Positions 13,178-25,950 of a DNA stretch of 64,000 nucleotides are shown here, piece after piece. This stretch comes from Cetorhinus maximus. Its lineage: Eukaryota. How positions within the stretch are numbered: position 1 is the first letter of the stretch; each line of letters starts with the position of its first letter. The position numbers and the translations under genes are program-made. Under the pieces are notes generated by a model, which was not told the origin of the DNA, did no database searches, and saw only the letters and a list, made by a program, of their open reading frames with translations. The stretch spans positions 30,690,001-30,754,000 of the forward strand of contig NC_135904.1 in the NCBI RefSeq assembly GCF_964194155.1, written 5' to 3'.

Positions 13178-13312
13178 TTTTGAATATGCAAATGGATTAT
13201 TCATTAGTTTCCACCAGGTAAAGGTAACAATTTGTTAGACTTTGGTTGACTTGTTGCCTCTCCTGCTAATCATTCACATACTCTTTGTCCCCAGCCCTTC
13301 GAAAGTGAGAAA

Positions 13313-13810
13313 GTGGCTTGCTAGGGTTTTCAGTGGGCAGGTAATTTGCAATGGGTCTGGAGTCACAGAGTAAGGATGGCAGATTTCCCTCCTAAGGGCA
13401 TTAATGAACTAGATGAGTTATTACGACAATCAAAGGTAGCTTCATGGTCAACATTACTGAGTCTAGCCTTCAATCCCAGATCTAATTAATTGAACTTAAA
13501 GTCCACCAGCTGCCATTGTGGGTTTTGAACCCTTGTCCCCAGAGCATTTGCTTTGGGCTTCTTGATTACAAGCCTAGTGACTTTACCACTATGTCACTGT
13601 CTTCCCCTGTTTTACTAACGCCTTTCAGGGAAAGAAATCTGCTGTCCTTACCCAGTCTAGCCTGTGACTCCAAACCCACAGAAATATGCTGGATTCTGAA
13701 ATGGCCTCGCAAGTCACTCAGTTGCCACCACCACATTCTCAAGGGCAATTAGGGATGAATCATAAATACTGGCCTTGCCAGCGATGCACACATCACATGA
13801 ACAAACACAA
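13313..13810. mobile_element. Two opposed copies of a short LINE-B-related SINE-like element
   Basis: 13313-13595 (minus) has an A-box-like head and matches the LINE-B upstream region at 60470-61335. 13600-13810 (plus) joins that same body to the LINE-B 3' tail. Confidence 0.6.
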
Positions 13811-13953
13811 TGTTAATGCATTTTCCAATCACAGGATGGTAATTTTCTTCACATTTAAGTTAAGCTTTAAGCAATAACTCTATATGGTCAGAATAGGATT
13901 AGTATTTTGAGTATTAGAATATTCCTCAGAACTTTTGAAGCAGAACAGGTTAC

Positions 13954-14124
13954 CTTGGCATGAAAGTTTCCTTCCAATTTCTCCCTGTACTGTTTGATTT
14001 GTTCATACTGATCTCCTCTTAGCTGTTGAAGCACCTCAGCTAGTTTGCTCTCATATTCCTGCTGACCACCAGCCTCGATTTCTCGTAGTCTAACTTCATG
14101 CTGCCTCTTGGTTTCCACAATTTC
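13954..14124 (-). CDS. lmnl3: Lamin LIII-like gene, coding exon 4 (171 nt)
   Basis: cag|GAA...AAG|gtaac; EIVETKRQHEVRLREIEAGGQQEYESKLAEVLQQLRGDQYEQIKQYREKLEGNFHAK. Size and phase equal lamin exon 4. Confidence 0.93.
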
Positions 14125-14782
14125 CTGTGTGAACAAACATTAGCGCAAAGTTACAGAATAGTCAAGACAGTTCATTGGATTTATCATAAATATTCCAAAT
14201 GTGCACTTTTAAAACAGGATATTAGAATATAAAAATATACAAGGAACCGTTCGACCAAATGTGAAACCTTCAGGCCTCTGAAGGCTTGACCATTTTTTAA
14301 CTAATTGCTGGAATTTTCTACCAAAAGGAACATTTGCAGCACAGTGTCACTAGGTGTTGAATCACCAATGCTAAAAACAATGGAATACAAGATGAGGAGC
14401 AGGTTATCCATTGCACTTAACCGCTACGCTGAGAAAAAGAAAATTGGCACCAGGCTTAACGGATCACTGTGGTGATTCTCAGAGCAGGTCACTCATCCAT
14501 TACTCTGGTGGCATAAGGGCCCGTATGCAGGGAGTGGAGGGATGAAGTGGGGCAGAGAGAGAGAGATGAATTTCAAAAAAGATATACAACTATTTTAAAA
14601 AGTATCCTTTATTATCCAGGAAGCGAACTACATTTGTTTAAAAATGCTCGATTGATAGCACCCTTAAATTTCGGATCTTATCCTTCCAATGTTCAACACA
14701 ACTGGCTCAAACACAAAAATGTAAAAATTTATTGGCAAAGACATCAGAGTTCTGGTTTTGCCCATAAGTGGAAACATCAGGT

Positions 14783-15422
14783 GGAATTTAATGCCTCCAC
14801 CATGGCAAGCTTGGGGGCATTTAATCGGGCAGGGTGATAGGTAAGACCCCGGTGCTTTCCTGCATCGGCTCCGGTTAAGTCCGTGGTGGGAAGGCTCATG
14901 GACGGCCTTCCCACACCGCTGCCAACTGAAGCTCTCAAGTGCTCAATGAATGCCCACTGAAGGGCCACATCCTGCTGCTGCTGGCATTAACCCAGTAGTG
15001 CCTGGTGGGGGGCGGGGGGTGCTCACCATGCAGCAAGCCTGAAAAGTAAACCTTTTGTCAGGGTTGTTTGAGGGCTTCCTCGTCCAAAGACACTCGGTGC
15101 TGATCAAGGGCATTGGGAAGGCAGGGAGGGGGGGGCCCCTCACGCCATCAGTCACCCCTGACCCGGGTTCCACGGAGGTTCTAGGCCTTGGGTGAGCGCA
15201 TTACTAGTTGCGGCCACCGCCTCCCCGGTGGCGCTGCTGAGCAATGAAGAGGTCCTGGCCTCTGATTGACCAGCAACACTCAACAGGGCAGGGCTTCTAC
15301 CCCCTGGGGTCCTTGATCCCAGGGAGGGCCCGTCATTGCCCAGTTAAGTGCCTGGTTGGCAGCTCTCCTTCCCACGACGAGGTGACACAGTGCTAAGACC
15401 CCCATCGCCCACATTAAATTCC
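14783..15422. mobile_element. GC-rich MITE-like element
   Basis: Terminal inverted repeats ggaatttaatg (14783-14793) and cattaaattcc (15412-15422); no coding capacity; related to 17025-17708. Confidence 0.6.
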
Positions 15423-15853
15423 CCCCACCTTCGAAGTTTACACCATCAAATCATTTCGTAATCTTGAAGGCCTCAATCGGATACCTTGCAACCTTCTCTT
15501 TTCCAGAGGAGAGCGCCCCAGCCTGCTCAAGTCGACTGGTCTACACTCTGTGCAGAATCTAATTTGTTAATTGTTCACTCTCCCTGCCCTTACACTTTGA
15601 TAAGGATGTTCCGCCCATTGATATGTGGAAATTTTATTTTTTTTTTAAAAAATTTTATCACGGTGGGTTTATCTTTTTTTTTTAAAAACAAGTATTTTGT
15701 TATTGCTTCTGACAGCAACTTCTGATCCACGAATACATACCTTACTACTTTGAATTTTGATCTTTGGTCTCTCCCAGTCAGTGCCAGTGCTCAATGTGCG
15801 GTCACCCTGTCAAGGGATCCAGACAGTTGTAACTCTAAACGTTAGAAGCTTAC

Positions 15854-15979
15854 CTTCTCATAGAGGCTTTTCTGGAAATTGAGCTCTTCCTGTAATGTTT
15901 GTGCCCTGTTTCCCAAGTCACATTTTTGTAATATTTCACTTTGTAATTGTGCTTTGGCACCTTTGGCAATCGAATTAAT
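15854..15979 (-). CDS. lmnl3: Lamin LIII-like gene, coding exon 3 (126 nt); missed by the ORF track
   Basis: tttctacag|ATT...AAG|gtaagc; INSIAKGAKAQLQSEILQKCDLGNRAQTLQEELNFQKSLYEK; phase 0/0. Confidence 0.93.
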
Positions 15980-16085
15980 CTGTAGAAAAATGAAACAGAT
16001 TACACAAGAATCAACTTTTTTTTTTTTGAGGGGGTCGGGGGTGGGTGGGAGGGAGGGATCAAGGTTGCTGGCATGTCATGCTTAC

Positions 16086-16242
16086 GTCTGCGAGCTGAGC
16101 TTTGACTTCAGACAGCTCATTCTCCAAGTTCTTTTTCTCGCTCAGAGATGTCGCCAACTGAGCCTCTTGGGAATTCAGTGAAGCTCCCAGAACTCTCACT
16201 CGGGCCAAAGCAGATTTCAACTCCGATTCCTTTTGAGTGTTT
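16086..16242 (-). CDS. lmnl3: Lamin LIII-like gene, coding exon 2 (157 nt)
   Basis: tctttcag|A AAC...GAC|gtaagc; (R)NTQKESELKSALARVRVLGASLNSQEAQLATSLSEKKNLENELSEVKAQLAD; phase 2/0. Confidence 0.93.
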
Positions 16243-17024
16243 CTGAAAGAATACATCATTATTTAACAGCTCAAAATCGATTTGCTTTTCAATTATTTCT
16301 ACTTGGACTTAAGTTAATTTATTTCACTAGTTCTAACATTTGATATATTTAAATCAAAAACAACCTGATGGATCATTACCAAAAAAAATTTGAAAGGAGG
16401 ACTAGCAAAGCAAGGAAGGCATACTTCCTCACTCTTTAAAAAAAAAATGCTTCTTACAGTTACTTAAAAAGTCAGCAGAAATCAAAGACCAGGTTAGTAC
16501 TTCACCTAGAATTTGCTCCCATAAAGAAATACAGGTCCAATTAGTTTTCCTTGCACAATACAATGCTAACAGAATTGCTATGTTGTTGACTAATCATAAT
16601 GGATCCAATTTGTTTTTACTGTATTATGCAAGGAAAACTGAGTTGTTGACTAATCATAGCAATCGATCTCAATTAGTTTACAACAGATCCCTAACTAACA
16701 GGAGGGCATAAAAAAAAAGTACTGCTCAGGGATCAGCCCTACACGTGTCATAAGCAACTTATGTAAATATGAGTTCCTTATAGTTATAGTGAAACTGTAA
16801 CTGATATGGTTGACAAAATCTTATCAGCCACTGGAATGCTGAGTTGGCAAACCTAGAACATGCTGAGATTTGCAAGTTCATGAAGCCAGACACATCTATG
16901 AATAGGTTAAGAATATTATGTCTACATGCATTTCCTGCCCCCCCACATTATAAATTCCTACTTCCATATTCATACTAGAAGCTGCCTATGGGGACTTGGC
17001 ACACTGGAGTGATATATCGGGATA

Positions 17025-17708
17025 GTACTTAATGGAGCTGACGGGGTTCCCGCCCACTGGCAAGAAACCCCCATTGCCTCCAATGGGGAAGGTCCACCAG
17101 TCAGGCACTAACTGGGCAGTGGTAGGCCTTCGCCAGGATCAAGGGCCCTGGGCTGGGGGGTGCAGAAGTTTTGCCCGCTGAGCGCTTCTGGCCAGAGCTG
17201 TGCTTTGTTTGGCAGCACCACCAGGAAGTCGTTGGCTGCTGCTGGTAACGCACCCTCCTGAGGCCCAAGATCACTGAGGGTCCACGCCTCAGGTGAGTGA
17301 TGGCTGGCAAGGGTCAGCAGCAAGGGCAGGTGGGGGTGGGGGGAGAGAGTCTCAAAGGGCTCCTTTCCCGATGATGCTAGGTCCCTCGATTAGCCAGAGG
17401 TTGCCTTGGAATGAATTAGCCAGAGATTGCCTCCAGAAGCTCACAACCAACCCATCCAGCTTTGCTTCTCGGGCTTCTCACATGGTGAGACTCCCGCCCA
17501 CAGCTAGGTAAGTACCAGCAGGATGAAGCCATTAAGTGGGCATTAACTGTCCACTTAAGAGCCTCGATTGGCAGCAGGCAAGGCCATCCATGAATTTTCC
17601 CATCCCCGACTTAATCAGGGCATTGGCGGGGTCCCCACCCATCACCCTCCTGCCCAATTAAATGCCCCTCTGCCAACTTGCCATGAGGGAGGACATTAAT
17701 TTCTACCC
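17025..17708. mobile_element. GC-rich MITE-like element, same family as 14783-15422 in opposite orientation
   Basis: Shares motifs such as aggcactaactgggca, ggatcaagg and ccacttaag in reverse orientation. Confidence 0.5.
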
Positions 17709-18689
17709 ACTGCCTCTATTGGAGGTGCTGCAGACAGGATGTTGTAAATACAATGAGATGCACACTTTATGCCAAGAAACGGGGACAAAAAACAAACAAA
17801 AAAAAAAAATCACTCGAGGACTGCACGCGGGCTTAATTATCTGTGTGCAAAGTCAGGTAACAGGTGACTAGCATATTAAATAAAACCAGGGTGACCACAG
17901 AATACAAAACAAAGAACACTGGTTATTTCTCGGACTACTGGTTATATCAACAGCTTATAAGAAATGAAGAAAATAGCCCAGCAACTCTACACTATATCTT
18001 GGGAATGCAAAAAGAGCAGATTCACTATGTAGACTGAGGTACATTTCATAACATCAGAAGCCTAGTTCTCTAAACTCTGGGAACAACTGAACAGAGGAAA
18101 GTTAATAAAGATTTTTGCTGTACTGTAAAACGCCTTCAATTAAAGTTGTTTGCTGTTTTTAGTATTGTACAGCTGTTATTCTTCGGAACGAATTACATTG
18201 CATTGTCTCATTAGCAAAGCACTCTAGCCAACCGAATGTGCAAATAGAATGATGAAATGGAAAGGTGTCCAAATTAATCATTCCAACTGAATTGTGGTGT
18301 ATGTGTTTTGTCAGGCAGTTGAGCATTTTCATTACGTTGTACTAGTTGAAGTGGTTTGGTAAGCTTTCTTTGGAATGGTTGTGTTTCCACTGGGATCAAT
18401 GCAAGTTTAAGATTGAAACAATTACTTTGTTTTAAATCCACGGTGTTCAGTTGGGCGAGAAATTGGTCATCCAAAATTGCTCTCAGCTCTGAAGACAGAC
18501 CTGCAACCATCAAGCATCGAGTGCAGCAATAATCCAAATGCAACCCAAGTTTGGAAGATAAGAGCTATTGTTGCACTCCCTCGTGTTCACAAGCAGCTGC
18601 ATGAACATTTCATGAGCTAACAAAGCACTTTAGTTGAAACCCAAGTGATATTAATGGAACCCATTCCTAAAAAAAAAAATCAGTGCTAG

Positions 18690-18765
18690 TTCTGGCTCAG
18701 TGGTAGATCCTCACCTGAGTGAAAAGGTTGTTGGTTCAAGTCCTGCTCTAGGAACTTGAGCACAT
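18690..18765 (+). mobile_element. tRNA-derived SINE head fragment
   Basis: A box tggctcagtgg and B box ggttcaagtcc; similar to the heads at 19535-19790 and 34447-34870. Confidence 0.6.
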
Positions 18766-19329
18766 AGGGCATTGAGGTCATGAAATGCACCATAAAAAAA
18801 AAATGCAAGTTGTATTTTCCAAAAGCATATAGGATGCCAACTTTAACCCTATGAGACAACCAATTTAGTTAGATTAGAACAATACCTATATTCTACATAC
18901 TTGCATGGAACATTCCAACTAATATCTTGTACAAATTCAGTATTGCTTCATTGTTTACTTATATTACATGCTCCTACGCATGGAATCCAGAATTTTGTGC
19001 GCCTCAATTTTTATACAGCTAGCAAAATAATACATGGTGCATTACTCTGCATTCATTGGCATTTGTTACCTAATCTGTCCATTCTGGGAACCTGCTTAAG
19101 TTCACTTACATTTAATTGTCTTCATGGTCAGCTATGCCTATAATATGGTATCAGTAATTTCAGTTTTATTCTTCCTGAGGATGTATCCAAAACAGTTCTA
19201 TACCTGGAATACAGTTAACAGCCATATTAAATAGAAGTGGATAATTAAACTACAGATCTCTTTCTTGCATAAGAAACTGATTCCTGGTGTAATCTGACAG
19301 AGCACAGCATCAAGGAAACTTAGCAAAAC

Positions 19330-20455
19330 TGATGGGAAATCGGGTGAAAACTCTCATCCCAGCAGAGAGGAAGATGTGGTTGTTGGAGGGCGATCACCTC
19401 AGCCCCAGGGCATCGCTGCAGGAGTTCCTTGGGATAGTATCCTAGGCCCAGTATTCTTCAGCTTCATTAATGACCTTCCTTCCATTATAAGTCAGAATGG
19501 GGATCTTCATGGATGATTGCATTAAGTTCAGCATCAGAACTTGCATTCATATTGTGCTTTTCCTGACCTCTGATGTTTCAGAATACTTTACAGTCAATTA
19601 AGTACTTTTTGAAATGGAGCCTATGTTAAAGTGTAGAAAACGTGGCAGCCAATAGGCACTCAGCAAACCCGCCCTTGGAATGACACTCAAGTAACCAGCC
19701 TTGATTTTTGTGCTCAAGCCCTGGATTAGGATTTGAACCCAGAACCATGTGACTCAGAGGTAAATGTGTTGCCAACTGAGCCACAGCTAACAATGACATT
19801 ACTATTGCTGAATCCACCCAACATCAACAGCCTAGGGGTTACCATTGACCAGAAACTGAACTGGGCCATATAAATACTGTGGCTACAAGAGCAGGTCAGA
19901 GGCTGGGAATTCTGTGGTGAATAACTTGCCTCCTAACTCCTCAAAAGCATCTACAAGGCACAAGTCAGGAGTATGATGGAATACTCGCCACTTGCCTGGA
20001 TGAGTTCAGCTTCAACACCATCCAGGATAAAGCAGCCCACTTGATTGGCACCCTTTTCACCACCCTAAACATGGACTCCCTCCACCACTGATGTACAATG
20101 GCAGCAGTGTGTGTACCATCTGCAAGATGCACTGCAGCAGCTCACCAAGACTCCTTCAACAGCACCTTCCAAACTCACGGCCTCTACCGCCTAGAAGGAC
20201 AAGGGCAGCAGACGCATGAGAACAACAGCACCTGCAAGTTCCCCTCCAAGCCACAGAGCATTCGGACGTGGAACTAAAATCAGCATTCCTTCACTGTTAC
20301 TGGGTCGAAATCCTGGAACTCCCTCCCTAACAGCACAGGGGTGTAGCTACACCACATGGGCTGCAACGGTACAAGACAGCAGCTCACGACCACCTTCTCA
20401 TGGGTAATTAGGGATGAGCAACAATGGCTGGTCTTGCCAATGATGCGCACAGAAA
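19330..20455 (+). mobile_element. LINE-B 3' fragment interrupted by a SINE
   Basis: Colinear with the 4820-5880 part of the first LINE-B copy. Confidence 0.8.
19535..19790 (-). mobile_element. tRNA-derived Deu-type SINE, internally deleted
   Basis: Head tggctcagttgg...ggttcaaatcc; tail similar to 34447-34570. Confidence 0.65.
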
Positions 20456-23400
20456 AAAAATTCAACTACCTTGTTCTTTAATTTCGCTATCATCTCTACA
20501 ACTAGTAGGTTAAATACTCAATAACCTCATCTCAACTTCCCTGTTCCAATGTCTATGTACTTACTGTGTTATATACAATCATTACTATCTTCTGAAATTC
20601 ATACCTTTGGGTTTTCAATAATTTGTACAGATTTCTTTTTCAAAACTATGACTCCAAATAAGGACTCCAATCTTTGATTCACTATCAACTTAGTTTTCAA
20701 AATAAGTGGTTTTCCACTCAAATTACACCATTTCACCAGAATACTTTGAATAATTTAAATTATCCACCCTTTTTATTTTCTTGGCCTTCGAGGCCAATAG
20801 GCAACATTTATCATTCTTTCCCACCAAGAATATGATGAACCCTGCAGTGCCAGAGAACCCATCTGGAAGATTGGCATGTGAAGCATCACTAAAAATGACC
20901 AACCTTCTATCTTCTGGATCACCCAAGGCTGGAAACTTGAGTACATATCTCTCAGAATTTAAATTTAAGTGCTTTATTTGCTCTCAGAACTTGCTCAACT
21001 GTAGCATGTTTCATCATGGCACTCAGCTCCAATACATCATAACTAGCGTCAGGCCTAGTCCGAGTGCACAACTGGTTCAACTGCCCAATCAAGCTTCTCA
21101 ACTGTTCCATTCCTTTCTTGGTAGCAGGATCCTCTTTTTGTGAGGATCTACCACAAGTTATTGGGATATAATTAACATTTTCCAGATAAGATTGTTGATT
21201 CAATGTCACTCCTAACTTGCTCTGCTTAATATCTAAACCTATGTATTTAAAGGCCCCAGAAGCCTGACTTCTGCCTTGAATTCCTTCATCATCTCCTCGA
21301 TTACCCATTGTTCAAATTCTACAGATCCTCCCCAAAGGAAATCATCAACATGCATGATAAAAATCCCAGCTAGTTTCTCCTTATGGTACCAGTAGAACAT
21401 CACGGGGTCTGCCTTTAACTGAGTGCAACCTATTTTCAACAGGACAAACCTCGTGGAAAAATACCATACTCTTGATGCATTATTCAACCCATAAACACAT
21501 TCAATTTCTATAGCTTTCCTTCTACATCCCTGACTTCTTTGGGTCGTTTCAAATAAACTTCCCTTTGAAACTTCTCCCCCTGTAAACACGCATCCTTCAT
21601 ATCAATCGATTTGCACTCCCAGGAATAGGGTGCCAAAATAGCTAAAAAAAAAACCTTCACACTCACTTTCCCCGCAGTAGACAAGTCCACTCTGACATCC
21701 TGATCTCCTCGTCTCTCTTCAAAGCCTCAGGCTACTAATCTCGCTTTGGCCTTATATGTGCTGCCTGGGAGCGCCTTTTCTGTACAGACCCATTTATGAG
21801 ACAAAGCTAGCTGTCCTGTGTCAAGTATTTCAGAATATACCCCAAATTCCTTCCAACTTTCTAACTCTTTCCATTTGGCTTCCTTTATCAGCTTACTTTC
21901 CAATTTATTAGCAGCTACTAGAATCTCAGTCATAAGGACTTCTCCTTCTATTGAGATTGCTAGCTTGCTTTCTAGTCCTCCTTGTTAAGCTACAACCTTT
22001 ACTCTCATTCCTCTCCCTTTCTGGACTGCAACTATATGATCATTCTTCCATGCGAGCAGAACTCCGTTTGCAAGTCCATGACCTTTTTCTAGGGTCACAA
22101 CCACTTTCTGGTCCACTGTCGGAACCCATACTGCATTTTCTGGGTTTCCACATCTTTACCTTGGTTTGCCAATCGATAGGTCTCATCTCCTGTCCTTCAT
22201 CCTGCACATTTAGCCAATGTTTGTATTTACCAGTGGCCTTTCCTGCTCTCCCTATGATGGTGGCATCCCTCCACACACTGGTCCCTTCTGGCATATATGT
22301 TACCTTTGTTCCTACTTTGAGTAATTGCCCTTTTGGACGAAAAGGGTTGTCCTGTACCTCAGTATTACTTTGTTCATAATCAACCCTGTATTTGCCATCG
22401 TCTGCTCAACTACCCAGTGTATGTGTACATGAAGTGCATGGTGCATCCTCGCATTTTATGGTCCTGTTCAGAATCTGTAAAGATATAGTCAGTACCAATT
22501 AACCGTGAAGAATGTACCTTAATGGTTTGATTACCGTGTTGCACAATTACTACTTTCCTGTCACCTTGCCAGGCCCTTTCCACTCTTTCTGGCCTTCCTT
22601 TTTATAATAGACCATGTCTCCTTCTCCAGACTGTATTCCTGATGGTCTTATGCGGTGCCGTAGAGCCTGCTGAATTTTCTCCAAAACCTCAGCGTTAATT
22701 AAAGCTTTACTGTCCGCATGCAAAGCATTCAGACGAGCAGAAAAAGTAGAGCTAATGATAGCCCGCACTAGAGCAGGAGGAGCATCTGACAACACTGAAG
22801 GTAACTTCGGATTTCTTCTGTACACCAACTGATACGGACTGTACCCCCCCAAACATTTGCAGAGGGTTCTTTGCGTGCACCACCCATGCCAGTGCCGTTT
22901 GCAATTTACAATCTGGTTGATCAAATAATATTTTATGTAACATGTCATCTATTACCACACGGTTTCTTTCACGAAGACCATTATTAAACGGGCCCTCAGC
23001 TGCAGTGTGCATAACTAGGATATTTAAATTTTCGCACATCTCTCGAAATTCCACATTGGCGAATTCCCCATTATCTGTGAAGAACTTCGTTAGTGTCCTA
23101 ATCCTGTTCCTACCCATTTCTCCATGACCTTATTGACAATGGTCCTTTTGTCTTTACTATGTATTACAGTGGATAGACTAAATCTGGTTGCCATATCTAT
23201 GAAGTGTAATAAAAAAAAACCCTTATTCTTGTCCCAAACTTTCAAGTCCATTGCCACTGCATCGTTAAACTCCCTGGCTAGTGGCAAGCTAACAGGTCGC
23301 AGTGATGTCTTGCAATATTTAAGGCAAATTTCACACCGAGCAGTGATTTGTTCAATAAGATCATATCCTTTTCGAAGCAGAGTCTTCAGTTTCTATGGCG

Positions 23401-24213
23401 CTGGATGTGCAAGCCATCTACGTAATTTCCAAATGAACTTTTTGTCCACCAAATTCTCATTCTCAGTAGTTAACAAAACTTCATGAACTTTTTGATAAGA
23501 AATCTCTGGCTTCCTTAGTGGCAAGCAGTAATGGCCTGACTGAGTAAAATGGAGATCCACATTTTTCCCAAAAAAGACTGCTCTATCATTCTTCATATCT
23601 AGCGTCATCGGAGTCTTCCTCATCGCAGATCGACTCAACAATAGCAGTAGCTCGCTAGAAACCACATCAGTACTGATAAACAGATTGATCCCTGCTACCT
23701 TACAAGGGAGGGCTACCCGTTTGGAGGATGATAATGTATTGTCATCTCCAAACTTGAAGCAGGTAGAGCTTTCATACTCCTTGGCCTTCCGCATCGAGGG
23801 ACTCCAGATAGCAGTCAAGCCAGTCCATGCCACACACCGTAGAAGTGCAACCACTGTCCAGAACTGCACAGTTGAAGGAATCTATGATCAAGATACTCAT
23901 CACCAGATTCAAACTCTCAGTGATCAACACAATTCCATCATGGCAGTCACCATCATCATTTTCAGTTTCAGATGGATCCTTCTCATGGGTCACTTCAAAA
24001 ACACGATTCCTTTGCTGTGGGCAGTTAATTGCGTAATGATACTGAAAATCACACCGAAAACACCGGTTAACCATTCCCTGTGCATTTTTTGGGTTTAAAC
24101 ATCTATGGTCACCATCCCAGACCGCTTTTTGTCCCTGCTCTCAAATTGGCTAGGGCTACAGCTATTTTCAGACCTCTTGTGATTAACCCCATCTTAGTAT
24201 TGGAACCTTCATC

Positions 24214-25078
24214 TAACAAAGAACAAAGAAAAGTACAGCACAGGAACAGGCCCTTCGGCCCTCCAAGTCTGCGCCAATCATATTGCCTGTCAAACTAAAA
24301 CATTTTGCACTTCCGGGGTCCGTATCCCTCTATTCCCAGCCTATTCATGTATTTGTCAAGCTGCCTCTTAAACACCACTATCGTACCTGCTTCCACCACC
24401 TCCTCTGGCAGTGAATTCCAGACACTCACTACCCTCTGCATAAAAAACTTGCCCCGCACATCTCCTCTAAAGTTTTCTCCTCTCACCTTAAATCTATGTC
24501 CCCTAGTAATTGACTCTTCCACCCTGGGAAAAAACTTCTGACTATCTACTCTGTCCATGCCACTCATCATTTTGTAAACTTCTATCAAGTCGCCCCTCAA
24601 TCTCCGTCGCTCTAGTGAGAACAATCTGAGTTTCTCCAACCTCTCCTCATAGCTAATAACCTCCAGACCAGGCAGCATCCTGGTAAGCCTCCTCTGCACC
24701 CTCTCCAACGCCTCCATATCCTTCTGGTAATGTAGCGACCAGAATTGCACGCAATATTCCAAGTGTGGCCTAACCGAGGTTCTATACAGCTGCAGCATGA
24801 CTTCCCAGCTTTTATACTCAATACCCCTGCCGATGAAGGCAAGCATGCCATATGCCTTCCTGACTACCTTATCCACCTGCGTTGCCACTTTCAGTGACCT
24901 GTGCACCTGTACTCCCAGATCCCTCTGCCCGTCGACACACTTAAGGGTTCTGCCGTTTATTGTATAATTCCTACCTGTATTAGACCTTCCAAAATGCATT
25001 ACCTCGCATTTGTCTGGATTAAACTCCATCTGCCATTTCTCTGCCCAAGTCTCCAGCCAATCTATGTCCCGTTGTATC
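24214..25078 (-). mobile_element. Young 5'-truncated CR1 LINE inserted in Copia gag
   Basis: Uninterrupted RT C-terminal frame (WAEKWQMEFNPDKCEVMHFG, RPHLEYCVQFWS); 3' end with a short tandem tail (aacaaagaacaaagaa on plus). Confidence 0.92.
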
Positions 25079-25120
25079 CATTTGGTCGACCGCAAAATTC
25101 AGTCACCATTGAATCCCCTA

Positions 25121-25217
25121 CAAAAACAGAATTACCTGGAAAAACTCAGCAGGTCTGGCAGCATCGGTGGAGAAGAAAAGAGTCGACGTTTCGAGTCCTC
25201 ACGACCCTTCAACAGAA
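25121..25217 (-). mobile_element. Short Penelope-derived element with a hammerhead motif, inserted in Copia gag
   Basis: Minus strand reads UU-CUGUUGA-A-GGGUC-GUGAG-GACUC-GAAA-C-GUC; flanked by a cccta direct repeat (25116-25120 and 25218-25222). Confidence 0.75.
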
Positions 25218-25935
25218 CCCTATCCTTTGTTTTACTGCATAGTTGTTCACATTTGCCAAAAAAGTGGCAGGAAACGACTGTTTCCCCAGAAATTTTTTTT
25301 TTTTTTTTTAAGGGCAGCAGCCATCTGATCGGAGAGAGATTCTTTCCCCCGGAACTGAACCCCTGTTAGCACTAAAAGACTATCAATGTGGGAAAGGCAA
25401 GCACAGTCCAGTAATTTGAATGCCAATACCGATTCTGGAATTTCAAGTTCAATTTGCTGTAGTCTCCTGTAACAATAATCAAAATCCATGAAATATTTTT
25501 CCATGAACTGATCATCTGATTTCCTAAACCTATCAAAGAATCATCCAAGCTTTCAATAACTCTCAATTTTTGGATAAGTTCTCCAAAAAAGGATATCAGA
25601 CGGTTTAATCCCTCTTCATGATTCAAATCATCCACTGTCCACTCTGAAAATACTTTAGTCCTCATCTTACTTTTGGGTGGGAATGATAAACCCAAAACCA
25701 TACCTTGCTTCTTCCAGGGTATAGCAGTACCTCAGGTCCACATTTCAATTTTAGCCTCCCATTGCTGATAAGGTTCAGAGTCAGAAAGAATTGGTGGATA
25801 GTCAAAGTTTGTGATTCTGCACTGTCCTTTCACCATTCTGTAACTTAAATTGTTAGCAACAGTACACTTCTTTTCCCTCAGAGGACTGAAACAGAAAGCT
25901 TCATTTACAGCAATCAATCAGCAAAGCTTAAAGTT

Positions 25936-25950
25936 CATCCTCTGCTACCA
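25936..25950 (-). promoter_or_regulatory. Primer binding site complementary to the 3' end of initiator tRNA-Met
   Basis: Minus strand TGGTAGCAGAGGATG immediately after the LTR end (...TAGCA). Confidence 0.85.

Noticed and set aside
18274-18543. 89-aa minus-strand ORF in lamin intron 1
   Set aside because: No recognisable domain or convincing splice sites, and exons 1 and 2 already join in the canonical phase.
18690-19790. tRNA genes
   Set aside because: A and B boxes are present, but there is no cloverleaf and the sequence continues into SINE body.
24295-25095. 266-aa ORF as a host gene
   Set aside because: It is the RT C-terminus of a 5'-truncated CR1, and its start lies in flanking Copia sequence.
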